The notes beneath the pieces are model-generated. The model searched no databases. It was not told the DNA's origin and saw only the letters and a list, made by a program, of their open reading frames with translations. DNA of 63,864 nt, the filler included, from Nemertoderma westbladi (Eukaryota > Animalia > Xenacoelomorpha), in the NCBI GenBank assembly GCA_032718475.1. It is 4 parts of 4 records of this genome, joined end to end, with 100 filler letters (N's around TTAATTAATTAA, not from the genome) between each part and the next. Parts side by side here need not be neighbours in the genome. Positions count along the whole stretch, not along the records: positions 1 to 22,368 come from JAUCBJ010004270.1; positions 22,469 to 37,194 come from JAUCBJ010008671.1; 2 more parts are not named here. One strand, given 5' to 3'. Each line of letters opens with the position of its first letter. Position 1 is the stretch's first letter. Below, one piece after another: positions 14,236 to 25,481 of this stretch. The position numbers were made by a program, and so were the translations under genes.

Positions 14236-15258
14236 TATATTATTATTTATTATCCCGACCTACAGGTACGGAACTGTTTATATTATTATTTATTATCCCG
14301 ACCTACAGGTACGGAACGGTTTATATTATTATTTATTATCCCGACCTACAGGTACGGAACGGTTTATTTTATTATTTATTATCCCGACCTACAGGTACGG
14401 AACGGTTTATATTATTATTTATTATCCCGACCTACAGGTACGGAACTGTTTATATTATTATTTATTATCCCGACCTACAGGTACGGAACTGTTTATATTA
14501 TTATTTATTATCCCGACCTACAGGTACGGAACTGTTTATATTATTATTTATTATCCCGACCTACAGGTACGGAACGGTTTATTATATTATTTATTATCCC
14601 GACCTACAGGTACGGAACTGTTTATATTATTATTTATTATCCCGACCTACAGGTACGGAACTGTTTATATTATTATTTATTATCCCGACCTACAGGTACG
14701 GAACGGTTTATATTATTATTTATTATCCCGACCTACAGGTACGGAACTGTTTATATTATTATTTATTATCCCGACCTACAGGTACGGAACTGTTTATATT
14801 ATTATTTATTATCCCGACCTACAGGTACGGAACTGTTTATATTATTATTTATTATCCCGACCTACAGGTACGGAACGGTTTATATTATTATTTATTATCC
14901 CGACCTACAGGTACGGAACTGTTTATATTATTATTTATTATCCCGACCTACAGGTACGGAACTGTTTATATTATTATTTATTATCCCGACCTACAGGTAC
15001 GGAACTGTTTATATTATTATTTATTATCCCGACCTACAGGTACGGAACTGTTTATATTATTATTTATTATCCCGACCTACAGGTACGGAACTGTTTATAT
15101 TATTATTTATTATCCCGACCTACAGGTACGGAACGGTTTATATTATTATTTATTATCCCGACCTACAGGTACGGAACTGTTTATATTATTATTTATTATC
15201 CCGACCTACAGGTACGGAACTGTTTATATTATTATTTATTATCCCGACCTACAGGTAC
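14236..15258 (+). repeat. 43-bp minisatellite, right part
   Basis: Same unit as 4505-5005; ORF 14173-15342 is an artefact of it. Confidence 0.95.
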
Positions 15259-15476
15259 TTGACTCACAATTATTGGTATATATATTTTTTTTTCTTTACA
15301 ACCCTGGTCGGTGTAACGAAATATATTAATAATATTGGTTAGTATAGCCCGGTTATGCCCGGTATGACCGGTTAGAGTTGATTATAAGGAGCAAATGAAG
15401 CACAGTACTGTACACAGTCTACTTTATATAAATATTAATATATTATAATATTATTAATATTAATATTATGTTGTAG

Positions 15477-16120
15477 CAGCTGGAACGCAGCCGTCTCTCT
15501 TCTCCAGAACTCAGCCGGCTTTAGAACCCGCCATACAGCACCCCCTCCAACCCTCAGGATACCCGGGTAGCCTAGCAACCGATAGCGGATACCTAGCGAC
15601 CGAGGACTCACTATTACTGCAGCCGGGCCCCTCCAGTAAGTCTCCTTCATCCCCGAAGCACCGAAAAACCCGCCAACCCTCAACGGGTCAGCTAGACCCG
15701 CCGGGCCCCTCCTCTGGTTACCCGGACCCAGCAGGGGGCGACCCGGCCGCCTACCACCACTACGCCGAGCTCACACAGTCCCAGAGACCGCCGCTAGTGG
15801 CGTACTGTAACCCCGAGGACGCCTCTACCGGGCTGACCGCGCACTGTGTCGCGGCCCCCAACCCCTACGTGGTGGGTTACAACCCGCCAGGGTTCGTTGG
15901 GCAACCAGGGGGGACTGCCAACCTCGAGTCAACGGCCCCCCAACAAACCCCAGACTGTATATTAACAGCGCCCCCTACCGGTGGTGTCGGGATTAAACCT
16001 GCCACCCAGGTCCCCTCCAGAACTACAATCGGTCAGCCGACAGGGGGGGATGGCGGGGGGGACACGGGGGGGAAATCGATGGGACCGGTGGTAAACCTTC
16101 ACGCATTGCAGACCCACTGA
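15477..16120 (+). CDS. DYRK1A: Probable terminal exon of DYRK1A (Pro/Ser/Gly-rich tail)
   Basis: ttgtag|CAG acceptor (NAGNAG); phase 1 matches the 4514 donor; GC-rich frame open to TGA at 16118-16120; little conserved sequence, so assignment rests on phase and position. Confidence 0.7.
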
Positions 16121-16306
16121 CGCCCGCACCTCGGTCTCAACGTATGTGGGTGGGAGTGAGGGGGCAGGGGGGACACGTGAGGGGGCGGGGGCGGGGGGGG
16201 GGGGGGGCACGTTTATTTTATTTCATCTTTCACATTTTTTCATGTTAAAACTATATTTTCTTCGATTATTGGTTATTTATTCGTTTAGCTGTTTTGCTGC
16301 GAGTGA

Positions 16307-18856
16307 AACACCATGGATGGGTGTGAAGGAGTGTCGCGACCAGGTATTATGTAACACCATGGATGGGTGTGAAGGAGTGTCGCGACCAGGTATTATGTAA
16401 CACCATGGATGGGTGTGAAGGAGTGTCGCGACCAGGTATTATGTAACACCATGGATGGGTGTGAAGGAGTGTCGCGACCAGGTATTATGTAACACCATGG
16501 ATGGGTGTGAAGGAGTGTCGCGACCAGGTATTATGTAACACCATGGATGGGTGTGAAGGAGTGTCGCGACCAGGTATTATGTAACACCATGGATGGGTGT
16601 GAAGGAGTGTCGCGACCAGGTATTATGTAACACCATGGATGGGTGTGAAGGAGTGTCGCGACCAGGTATTATGTAACACCATGGATGGGTGTGAAGGAGT
16701 GTCGCGACCAGGTATTATGTAACACCATGGATGGGTGTGAAGGAGTGTCGCGACCAGGTATTATGTAACACCATGGATGGGTGTGAAGGAGTGTCGCGAC
16801 CAGGTATTATGTAACACCATGGATGGGTGTGAAGGAGTGTCGCGACCAGGTATTATGTAACACCATGGATGGGTGTGAAGGAGTGTCGCGACCAGGTATT
16901 ATGTAACACCATGGATGGGTGTGAAGGAGTGTCGCGACCAGGTATTATGTAACACCATGGATGGGTGTGAAGGAGTGTCGCGACCAGGTATTATGTAACA
17001 CCATGGATGGGTGTGAAGGAGTGTCGCGACCAGGTATTATGTAACACCATGGATGGGTGTGAAGGAGTGTCGCGACCAGGTATTATGTAACACCATGGAT
17101 GGGTGTGAAGGAGTGTCGCGACCAGGTATTATGTAACACCATGGATGGGTGTGAAGGAGTGTCGCGACCAGGTATTATGTAACACCATGGATGGGTGTGA
17201 AGGAGTGTCGCGACCAGGTATTATGTAACACCATGGATGGGTGTGAAGGAGTGTCGCGACCAGGTATTATGTAACACCATGGATGGCTGTGAAGGAGTGT
17301 CGCGACCAGCTATTATGTAACACCATGGATGGGTGTGAAGGAGTGTCGCGACCAGGTATTATGTAACACCATGGATGGGTGTGAAGGAGTGTCGCGACCA
17401 GGTATTATGTAACACCATGGATGGGTGTGAAGGAGTGTCGCGACCAGGTATTATGTAACACCATGGATGGCTGTGAAGGAGTGTCGCGACCAGCTATTAT
17501 GTAACACCATGGATGGGTGTGAAGGAGTGTCGCGACCAGGTATTATGTAACACCATGGATGGCTGTGAAGGAGTGTCGCGACCAGCTATTATGTAACACC
17601 ATGGATGGGTGTGAAGGAGTGTCGCGACCAGGTATTATGTAACACCATGGATGGGTGTGAAGGAGTGTCGCGACCAGGTATTATGTAACACCATGGATGG
17701 GTGTGAAGGAGTGTCGCGACCAGGTATTATGTAACACCATGGATGGGTGTGAAGGAGTGTCGCGACCAGGTATTATGTAACACCATGGATGGGTGTGAAG
17801 GAGTGTCGCGACCAGGTATTATGTAACACCATGGATGGGTGTGAAGGAGTGTCGCGACCAGGTATTATGTAACACCATGGATGGGTGTGAAGGAGTGTCG
17901 CGACCAGGTATTATGTAACACCATGGATGGCTGTGAAGGAGTGTCGCGACCAGCTATTATGTAACACCATGGATGGGTGTGAAGGAGTGTCGCGACCAGC
18001 TATTATGTAACACCATGGATGGGTGTGAAGGAGTGTCGCGACCAGGTATTGGATGGGTGTGAAGGAGTGTCGCGACCAGGTATTATGTAACACCATGGAT
18101 GGGTGTGAAGGAGTGTCGCGACCAGGTATTATGTAACACCATGGATGGGTGTGAAGGAGTGTCGCGACCAGGTATTGGATGGGTGTGAAGGAGTGTCGCG
18201 ACCAGGTATTGGATGGGTGTGAAGGAGTGTCGCGACCAGGTATTATGTAACACCATGGATGGGTGTGAAGGAGTGTCGCGACCAGGTATTATGTAACACC
18301 ATGGATGGGTGTGAAGGAGTGTCGCGACCAGGTATTATGTAACACCATGGATGGGTGTGAAGGAGTGTCGCGACCAGGTATTATGTAACACCATGGATGG
18401 GCGTGAAGGAGTGTCGCGACCGGGTGTGAAGGAGTGCCGCGACCAGGTATTATGTAACACCATGGATGGGTGTGAAGGAGTGTCGCGACCAGGTATTATG
18501 TAACACCATGGATGGGTGTGAAGGAGTGTCGCGACCGGGTGTGAAGGAGTGCCGCGACCAGGTATTATGTAACACCATGGATGGGTGTGAAGGAGTGTCG
18601 CGACCAGGTATTGGATGGGTGTGAAGGAGTGTCGCGACCGGGTGTGAAGGAGTGCCGCGACCAGGTATTATGTAACACCATGGATGGGTGTGAAGGAGTG
18701 TCGCGACCAGGTATTGGATGGGTGTGAAGGAGTGTCGCGACCGGGTGTGAAGGAGTGCCGCGACCAGGTATTATGTAACACCATGGATGGGTGTGAAGGA
18801 GTGTCGCGACCAGGTATTGGATGGGTGTGAAGGAGTGTCGCGACCGGGTGTGAAGG
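16307..18856. repeat. 46-bp minisatellite (CACCATGGATGGGTGTGAAGGAGTGTCGCGACCAGGTATTATGTAA)
   Basis: Period 46, very homogeneous, with deletion variants after 18050. Confidence 0.97.
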
Positions 18857-19217
18857 AGTGTCGCGTATTATGTAAAATAATTAATATTTTGCAAAGAACT
18901 CAAAATATTTTATATTAATGGTGCATTATTATATAATATTATTAAATATATAATACTATCTGTTGTTTTTATTTACGGCAATGTTTCTAGTAGATTTTCG
19001 TGCGGCTCCATTTTAAATTTGCCGCGCGTTGCTGCTGAGATTGATTAATTTTTTGTCTTTCTATTTAAATGTTTTTTATTCGTCAAAATATGCCAATCAG
19101 ATATTATTGTATTCGTCACACCACCACCGCCACATCTCTAACCACGATGGAGGTGTTTTGTCGTTGATACACCAATTAAAGTGTTGTATACTTGTAGTAC
19201 CTTTTTTAAATATTAAT

Positions 19218-20455
19218 TGGTACCTTTTGTACACATTTTGTACCTTTTGTACACATTTGGTACCTTTTGTACTCATTTGGTACCTTTTGTACTCATTTGG
19301 TACCTTTTGTACACATTTGGTACCTTTTGTACACATTTTGTACCTTTTGTACACATTTGGTACCTTTTGTACTCATTTGGTACCTTTTGTACTCATTTGG
19401 TACCTTTTGTACACATTTGGTACCTTTTGTACACATTTGGTACCTTTTGTACACATTTGGTACCTTTTGTACACGTTTTGTACCTTTTGTACACATTTGG
19501 TACCTTTTGTACTCATTTGGTACCTTTTGTACACATTTGGTACCTTTTGTACACATTTCGTAACTTTTGTACACATTTCGTAACTTTTGTACACATTTGA
19601 TATACATTTGTATACGTTTGTGTACATTTGTATACGTTTGTGTACATTTGTATACGTTTCTGTACATTTGTATACGCTTGTGTACATTTGTATACGTTTG
19701 TGTACATTTGTATACGTTTCTGTACGTTTGTGTACATTTGTATACGTTTGTGTACATTTGTATACGTTTCTGTACATTTGTATACGCTTGTGTACATTTG
19801 TATACGTTTGTGTACATTTGTATACGTTTGTGTACATTTGTATACGTTTGTGTACATTTGTATACGTTTCTGTACGTTTGTGTACTTTTGTATACGTTTC
19901 TGTACATTTGTATACGCTTGTGTACATTTGTATACGTTTCTGTACATTTGTATACGCTTGTGTACATTTGTATACGTTTGTGTACATTTGTATACGTTTC
20001 TGTACGTTTGTGTACATTTGTATACGTTTGTGTACATTTGTATACGTTTCTGTACATTTGTATACGCTTGTGTACATTTGTATACGTTTGTGTACATTTG
20101 TATACGTTTCTGTACGTTTGTGTACATTTGTATACGTTTCTGTACATTTGTATACGTTTCTGTACATTTGTATACGTTTGTGTACATTTGTATACGTTTC
20201 TGTACGTTTGTGTACATTTGTATACGTTTGTGTACATTTGTATACGTTTCTGTACGTTTGTGTACATTTGTATACGTTTGTGTACATTTGTATACGTTTC
20301 TGTACATTTGTATACGTTTCTGTACATTTGTATACGTTTGTGTACATTTGTATACGTTTGTGTACATTTGTATACGTTTGTGTACATTTGTATACGTTTG
20401 TGTACATTTGTATACGTTTGTGTACATTTGTATACGTTTGTGTACATTTGTATGT
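19218..20455. repeat. Compound 20-bp minisatellites built from 10-bp subunits (GTACCTTTTGTACACATTTG, then TATACGTTTGTGTACATTTG)
   Basis: Direct periodicity; unit switches near 19600; all overlapping ORFs are artefacts. Confidence 0.95.
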
Positions 20456-20710
20456 ACACGCGGATGGTTTTTTCATCTAGACCATTCTCAGTCAGTTATT
20501 TTACTTGAATTTGTTAACTAATTCAGGTGAGTAACCTTAGTAACCTTATTAAATTCACATTGTAATTCCTACAGGTGACGTTTGTTTATCTCCGATGCTG
20601 TTGGCATGGCAATATTTATCTTTTAATCAACACAGTTTTATAATCTCCACACTGCCATTTATCAGTGCAAAATGTTTATTTAATTCCGTCAATCTAAATA
20701 TTGTTTCTGT

Positions 20711-21134
20711 GGTTGTCATTGGCTCACAGCTGATCGGTTGTCATTGGCTCACAGCTGATCGGTTGTCATTGGCTCACAGCTGATCTGTTGTCATTGGCTC
20801 ACAGCTGATTGGTTGTCATTGGCTCACAGCTGATCGGTTGTCATTGGCTCATCAGCTGATCGGTTGTCATTGGCTCACAGCTGATCTGTTGTCATTGGCT
20901 CACAGCTGATTGGTTGTCATTGGCTCACAGCTGATCTGTTGTCATTGGCTCATCAGCTGATCGGTTGTCATTGGCTCACAGCTGATCTGTTGTCATTGGC
21001 TCACAGCTGATTGGTTGTCATTGGCTCACAGCTGATCGGTTGTCATTGGCTCACAGCTGATCGGTTGTCATTGGCTCATCAGCTGATCGGTTGTCATTGG
21101 CTCACAGCTGATCGGTTGTCATTGGCTCATCAGC
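20711..21134. repeat. 25-bp minisatellite (GGTTGTCATTGGCTCACAGCTGATC)
   Basis: Period 25-26; each unit holds ATTGG and CAGCTG. Confidence 0.95.
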
Positions 21135-21232
21135 AGTGTTGCAACTAGACTTTGATTCAACTGTTTCGTTTGTTTGTGCCACATTCCGATTTGTTTTTGG
21201 CAGTTTCGGAATTAAGCGAGGTGCTTTCGAGA

Positions 21233-21460
21233 ATTTGTTCTAATCTGTGACACTTTGGTCCGTTTGTTCTAATTTGTGACACTTTGGTCCGTTTGTTCTA
21301 ATTTGTGACACTTTGGTCCGTTTGTTCTAATCTGTGACACTTTGGTCCGTTTGTTCTAATTTGTGACACTTTGGTCCGTTTGTTCTAATTTGTGACACTT
21401 TGGTCCGTTTGTTCTAATTTGTGACACTTTGGTCCGTTTGTTCTAATTTGTGACACTTTG
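21233..21460. repeat. 29-bp minisatellite (TTTGTTCTAATTTGTGACACTTTGGTCCG)
   Basis: About 8 tandem copies. Confidence 0.95.
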
Positions 21461-21581
21461 CTGGCTATATTGGATTTGTCATATTGTTGGATTTACTTTG
21501 ACACTTTCGGTTTTTCTCAGTTGCGTCATTGGCTTTATTTTATTCTAAACACTGCGGAATGTGTCAGTGACATTTTTTATT

Positions 21582-22045
21582 CGTTTGTGTGACTTCCGGT
21601 TACGGCTACCCATTGCATTGGTTTGTGTGACTTCCGGTTACGGCTACCCATTGCATTCGTTTGTGTGACTTCCGGTTACGGCTACCCATTGCATTGGTTT
21701 GTGTGACTTCCGGTTACGACTACCCATTGCATTGGTTTGTGTGACTTCCGGTTACGGCTACCCATATACTTGACTTCCGGTTACGGCTACCCATATACTT
21801 GACTTCCGGTTACGGCTACCCATTGCATTCGTTTGTGTGACTTCCGGTTACGGCTACCCATTGCATTGGTTTGTGTGACTTCCGGTTACGGCTACCCATT
21901 GCATTCGTTTGTGTGACTTCCGGTTACGGCTACCCATTGCATTCGTTTGTGTGACTTCCGGTTACGGCTACCCGGTACTTCCGGTTACGGCTACCCGGTA
22001 CTTCCGGTTACGGCTACCCGGTACTTCCGGTTACGGCTACCCATA
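21582..22045. repeat. 38-bp minisatellite with ACTTCCGGTTACGGCTACCC core and shorter variants
   Basis: Period 38 with shorter derivative units. Confidence 0.93.
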
Positions 22046-22368
22046 TACTAATTGTTCTGTTTCCTCTCGCCTAGGATTGTTTCTTATTTTGCCATTAAAC
22101 GATGTAACTTTCGTTAACATTGTAACGATGTAACGATACTTCATACTGCCAGACTTTATTTCCTCTTATAATACAGTGTTCTTGGGTCCATCCAACTTAA
22201 CTTTATAACTCAACATGACGTCATTAACCCATACGTCGATTCTTTTCACTTCACATGACGTCATTTCTATTATTAGCTCAATGAGCAAATATTCCTAAGT
22301 AACAGAAATTCGTTTTCTATTATTATTGTTAGTTTTTTTTATTATTTATTTTCGCTTTGTTTTGTTGC

Positions 22369-22468
22369 NNNNNNNNNNNNNNNNNNNNNNNNNNNNNNNN
22401 NNNNNNNNNNNNTTAATTAATTAANNNNNNNNNNNNNNNNNNNNNNNNNNNNNNNNNNNNNNNNNNNN
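22369..22468. other. Artificial contig linker
   Basis: 44 N + TTAATTAATTAA (stops in all six frames) + 44 N. Confidence 0.98.
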
Positions 22469-23336
22469 TCTAACCTGTAGTGTTATCAAGAAAATTGGGA
22501 ATTGGGTGATTTATCCGTATTATCCAAATAGCAATATTTCCATCAACAAATAGGTACAATTAATGACTGACGGTAAAATAACAGTAAAAACAATATGATT
22601 AATGCAATTAAATTAAGTAAGTAAAGTATCAAGGTGAGATGAGTGATTTAAGTCAGGTAACAGTTTATACTTTCGATAATTCAAGCAGTTTACTAGAGTT
22701 CTTCCCAAAATGCCGGTGTTTCTGGCTTAGACAGCAATAACAACAAAGTATCAAGAAAAAACAGTAAGACTGAACACTCTCCTTATGATCGACTAAAAGC
22801 TACACGTCGACAGGAAAAATCGCTCTGATTGGCTCAAGCCAAACAAAGAACCTTGCATCTAATGGCTGTTTCCATGTCAGCAACCAGCTGCTAGATGTCG
22901 TAATATGAATCATCACGGCTAAGCTGTGAAAGGTAGTTGGTGCATTACAGGTTTTTTGCCTTACCATGTCCGCCAAAACACGTATATAGCAGAATTACTT
23001 TTATGTCCGTTAAAACACCTGTAAAGGTACCTTGCGGGCGAGGGGAATATATATACAGTCCGAGAACCCTTTTAGAGTATTCCAGCGCCGGGGGGGGGAA
23101 CTGGCCAGCAAAGGCAAACGTATCAGTTATCCCACAAAAGCTTTTACAGTACGTTTAGTTACCGTTATAGTAGAAGGGCACAATATCCGTACGAGCTTGT
23201 TCTACAGTATGGCTGCCAGCTAAAAATAGAGGCAATGCGAAAGTCACCTTACGGTTTCTGAAATGTCTGAATTCTCTGAATTTCTGAATAAAGTACTTTC
23301 CTTTGAGGAATTAGTTGGCCTAAATATGATCTCCTA

Positions 23337-23465
23337 CTCCATAGCGAAATATACATCCGGTCTGGTAACTCAGTACACTCACACGGCTAATGATAACCAG
23401 AAGTTTGAAACCTAGGTACCGGGTTCGAGCCCCAATAGCGCCGGTTGATATTTTTCGCTATGGAG
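23337..23465 (+). mobile_element. tRNA-derived (SINE-like) sequence enclosed by inverted repeats
   Basis: B-box GGTTCGAGCCC near 23422 and weak A-box TAACTCAGT; flanks CTCCATAGCGAAATAT..CCGG / CCGG..ATATTTTTCGCTATGGAG are complementary; no clean cloverleaf. Confidence 0.45.
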
Positions 23466-24497
23466 AGCATTATCATATTGTCTTATTTACATTGTATATT
23501 TAATACACCGCGTCACTCACCCCACAACAATTCACTTATTATTATCAATTTTTATTTATTTGTTGGTACTGATAGAAAGCTGGCCGTGCAAGGATTCCAA
23601 ATATGTGAAAACATTTTAATTTGGTTGGGAAACACGTGAGATATGTGCAATCAAACTTTGCATGGTTTCGTACCTGCGCGAGTCTATTTTATTATATTTA
23701 ATAAATATGCGCATATTCTGGAACATTTTGTTTATCCAATACTTACCTGGGCAACAGTACAATACCTCTTTAACAGTGCTGTTCAACTAATTTTGTAGTG
23801 ACAAATTAACTAAACCCAAATAAATAAATATAAATGACCAGTTAACTGATTGTTTCAACTAATTTTGAGTGTTTAGATAAATAACAGCTGAAAATTTAAC
23901 TGAAACTTAACTAAACACCAAAATTTTGAATATTTCAGGTAACCATAGCAACGGTTGTTATTGCCGTTCGCAACACCTCACAAACTACAGTATATTGAGT
24001 ATGACTTTTGATATGATTATCACTATGTTAACTTAACAATACTGGGTGTTATTAGGCCTACTTGTTATTGATTAGAAAGTGGGTCGACGAGATGGTTGAG
24101 AACAGTTAAAGGATCAATAAATTAAACAAACATCAAACGTTTGGAGAACTTGAAATAATTTATTTATTGCAATAAAGGCGTATTTATTATAAAATAAGGA
24201 ATTTTGCAGCTTTGCAAAGTGAGTGGGAATTACTAAATTAGAAACTTGTTAGGTTTTTTTTTTTATTTTTATTTTTATTTCTTTAATTTCCATATTAACT
24301 CCGACCAGCGAGCTGGTTGAAGGCAGTTAAATAAAACTGATAATTTATGGAAACACGTCAGAGACTACGCAGCAGGCTATGCCCACTGTTTAGAGTTTAC
24401 CGGTAAATATATTTATATACATAATAAGTACAATACACATTCAAAATACGATACATATTGCACATATAACACACAGGCTTAACTCATACAGACAAAA

Positions 24498-25079
24498 ATG
24501 TGGAAGGTGAGGAGGTGCCCCTATATTGTTAAAATACATTCAAATAGAACCAAACACACGAAATCTCCATACATACCCACACTCGCGCCCCATCGCTTGA
24601 GTGGGTGTGAGGAATTCTTAAAGAAAGAATTAACAGATAGACGTAGTGTAACTTGGGATAAAAGGTTATGTTACAATTGCCTCAGGAGAGGACATCAAAG
24701 GAAAACCTGTTACTCAAACGTGAGGTGTGCTAAGTGTGGAGCGAAACATCACATCCTACTGCACACCGAGTTCGATAAGGTAAGTGAACCAGAACTCCAT
24801 GTACAGTTCAGCGATGTGAACGACACGGACCAGAGTTCGGAGATGGAAGGATTCTATACGGATGAGTTTTCTGATGAAAATGAATCCTGTTATATGATCA
24901 ACACAGCCATATATCGAGCCCTTACTTATGAGGCAGCGCAACTACGACAGAAATTTTGCAGACTGAACCAGGTCATGACTGAACACTGTCAAGAATACCT
25001 TCTTTTCTCGTGTAATAGGAATATGGAATTCATTAAAAAATGCAGTAATAAGTTAACAACCGTCACTGACTATTTTTAA
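24498..25079 (+). pseudogene. BEL/Pao-type Gag zinc-knuckle fragment
   Basis: HRLSGCEEF...RLCYNCLRRGHQRKTC...CAKCGAKHHILLH matches the BEL/Pao Gag Cys-His cluster ending Cx2Cx3HHxLLH; no protease/RT follows and no LTRs seen. Confidence 0.7.
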
Positions 25080-25481
25080 ATTTCACCTCAAATGTACTGA
25101 TCTGAGCCCATTTTTACATTAGTTAGAAATAAGTAGAATTATTTTTATTTTTAATTTATTTTAGCCTATAGTTTAGTTCAATATGCTCCCTTTTAGATTT
25201 ATTGCTGTCAGTCGCTTCTGTGTCGGTTTCACAGTTATTTTATTGTTGTGAATAAATATATATAATAATAACGCCACTAATTGACGCCCCAATAACAATT
25301 ATTCAAACATATGAATGGTAGGCCTATACAGTGATATATGTAATGATACGATATACGAATAATATACTGTAGTACCAAACGAATACGGCGCACATGGTTA
25401 TTAGTATTGTATGGATTTATAATTACAGATGTATAACGCGCTACGAAACAGTGTGCAAACTTTCTGCGATAGCCAGTCGCG

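Noticed and set aside
16307-18856. CRISPR-like regular repeat arrays (here and elsewhere)
   Set aside because: Units are head-to-tail with no unique spacers, there are no cas genes, and the context is eukaryotic.
19029-20521. Long repetitive ORFs (also 14173-15342, 31245-33367, 41085-42483, 47841-48766, 50059-50885)
   Set aside because: They are translations of minisatellites, open in several frames or on both strands.
22369-22468. TTAATTAATTAA palindrome recurring three times
   Set aside because: Synthetic linker inside N runs; it also voids any gene-cluster inference among DYRK1A, MDM1, dach and dynein.
23360-23445. Functional tRNA gene
   Set aside because: Only the T-arm/B-box is convincing; no proper acceptor, D or anticodon stems.
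23739-23751. ATACTTACCTGG, identical to the U1 snRNA 5' end
   Set aside because: Downstream sequence does not match U1; it is more simply a consensus CAG|GTAAGT donor on the minus strand or chance.
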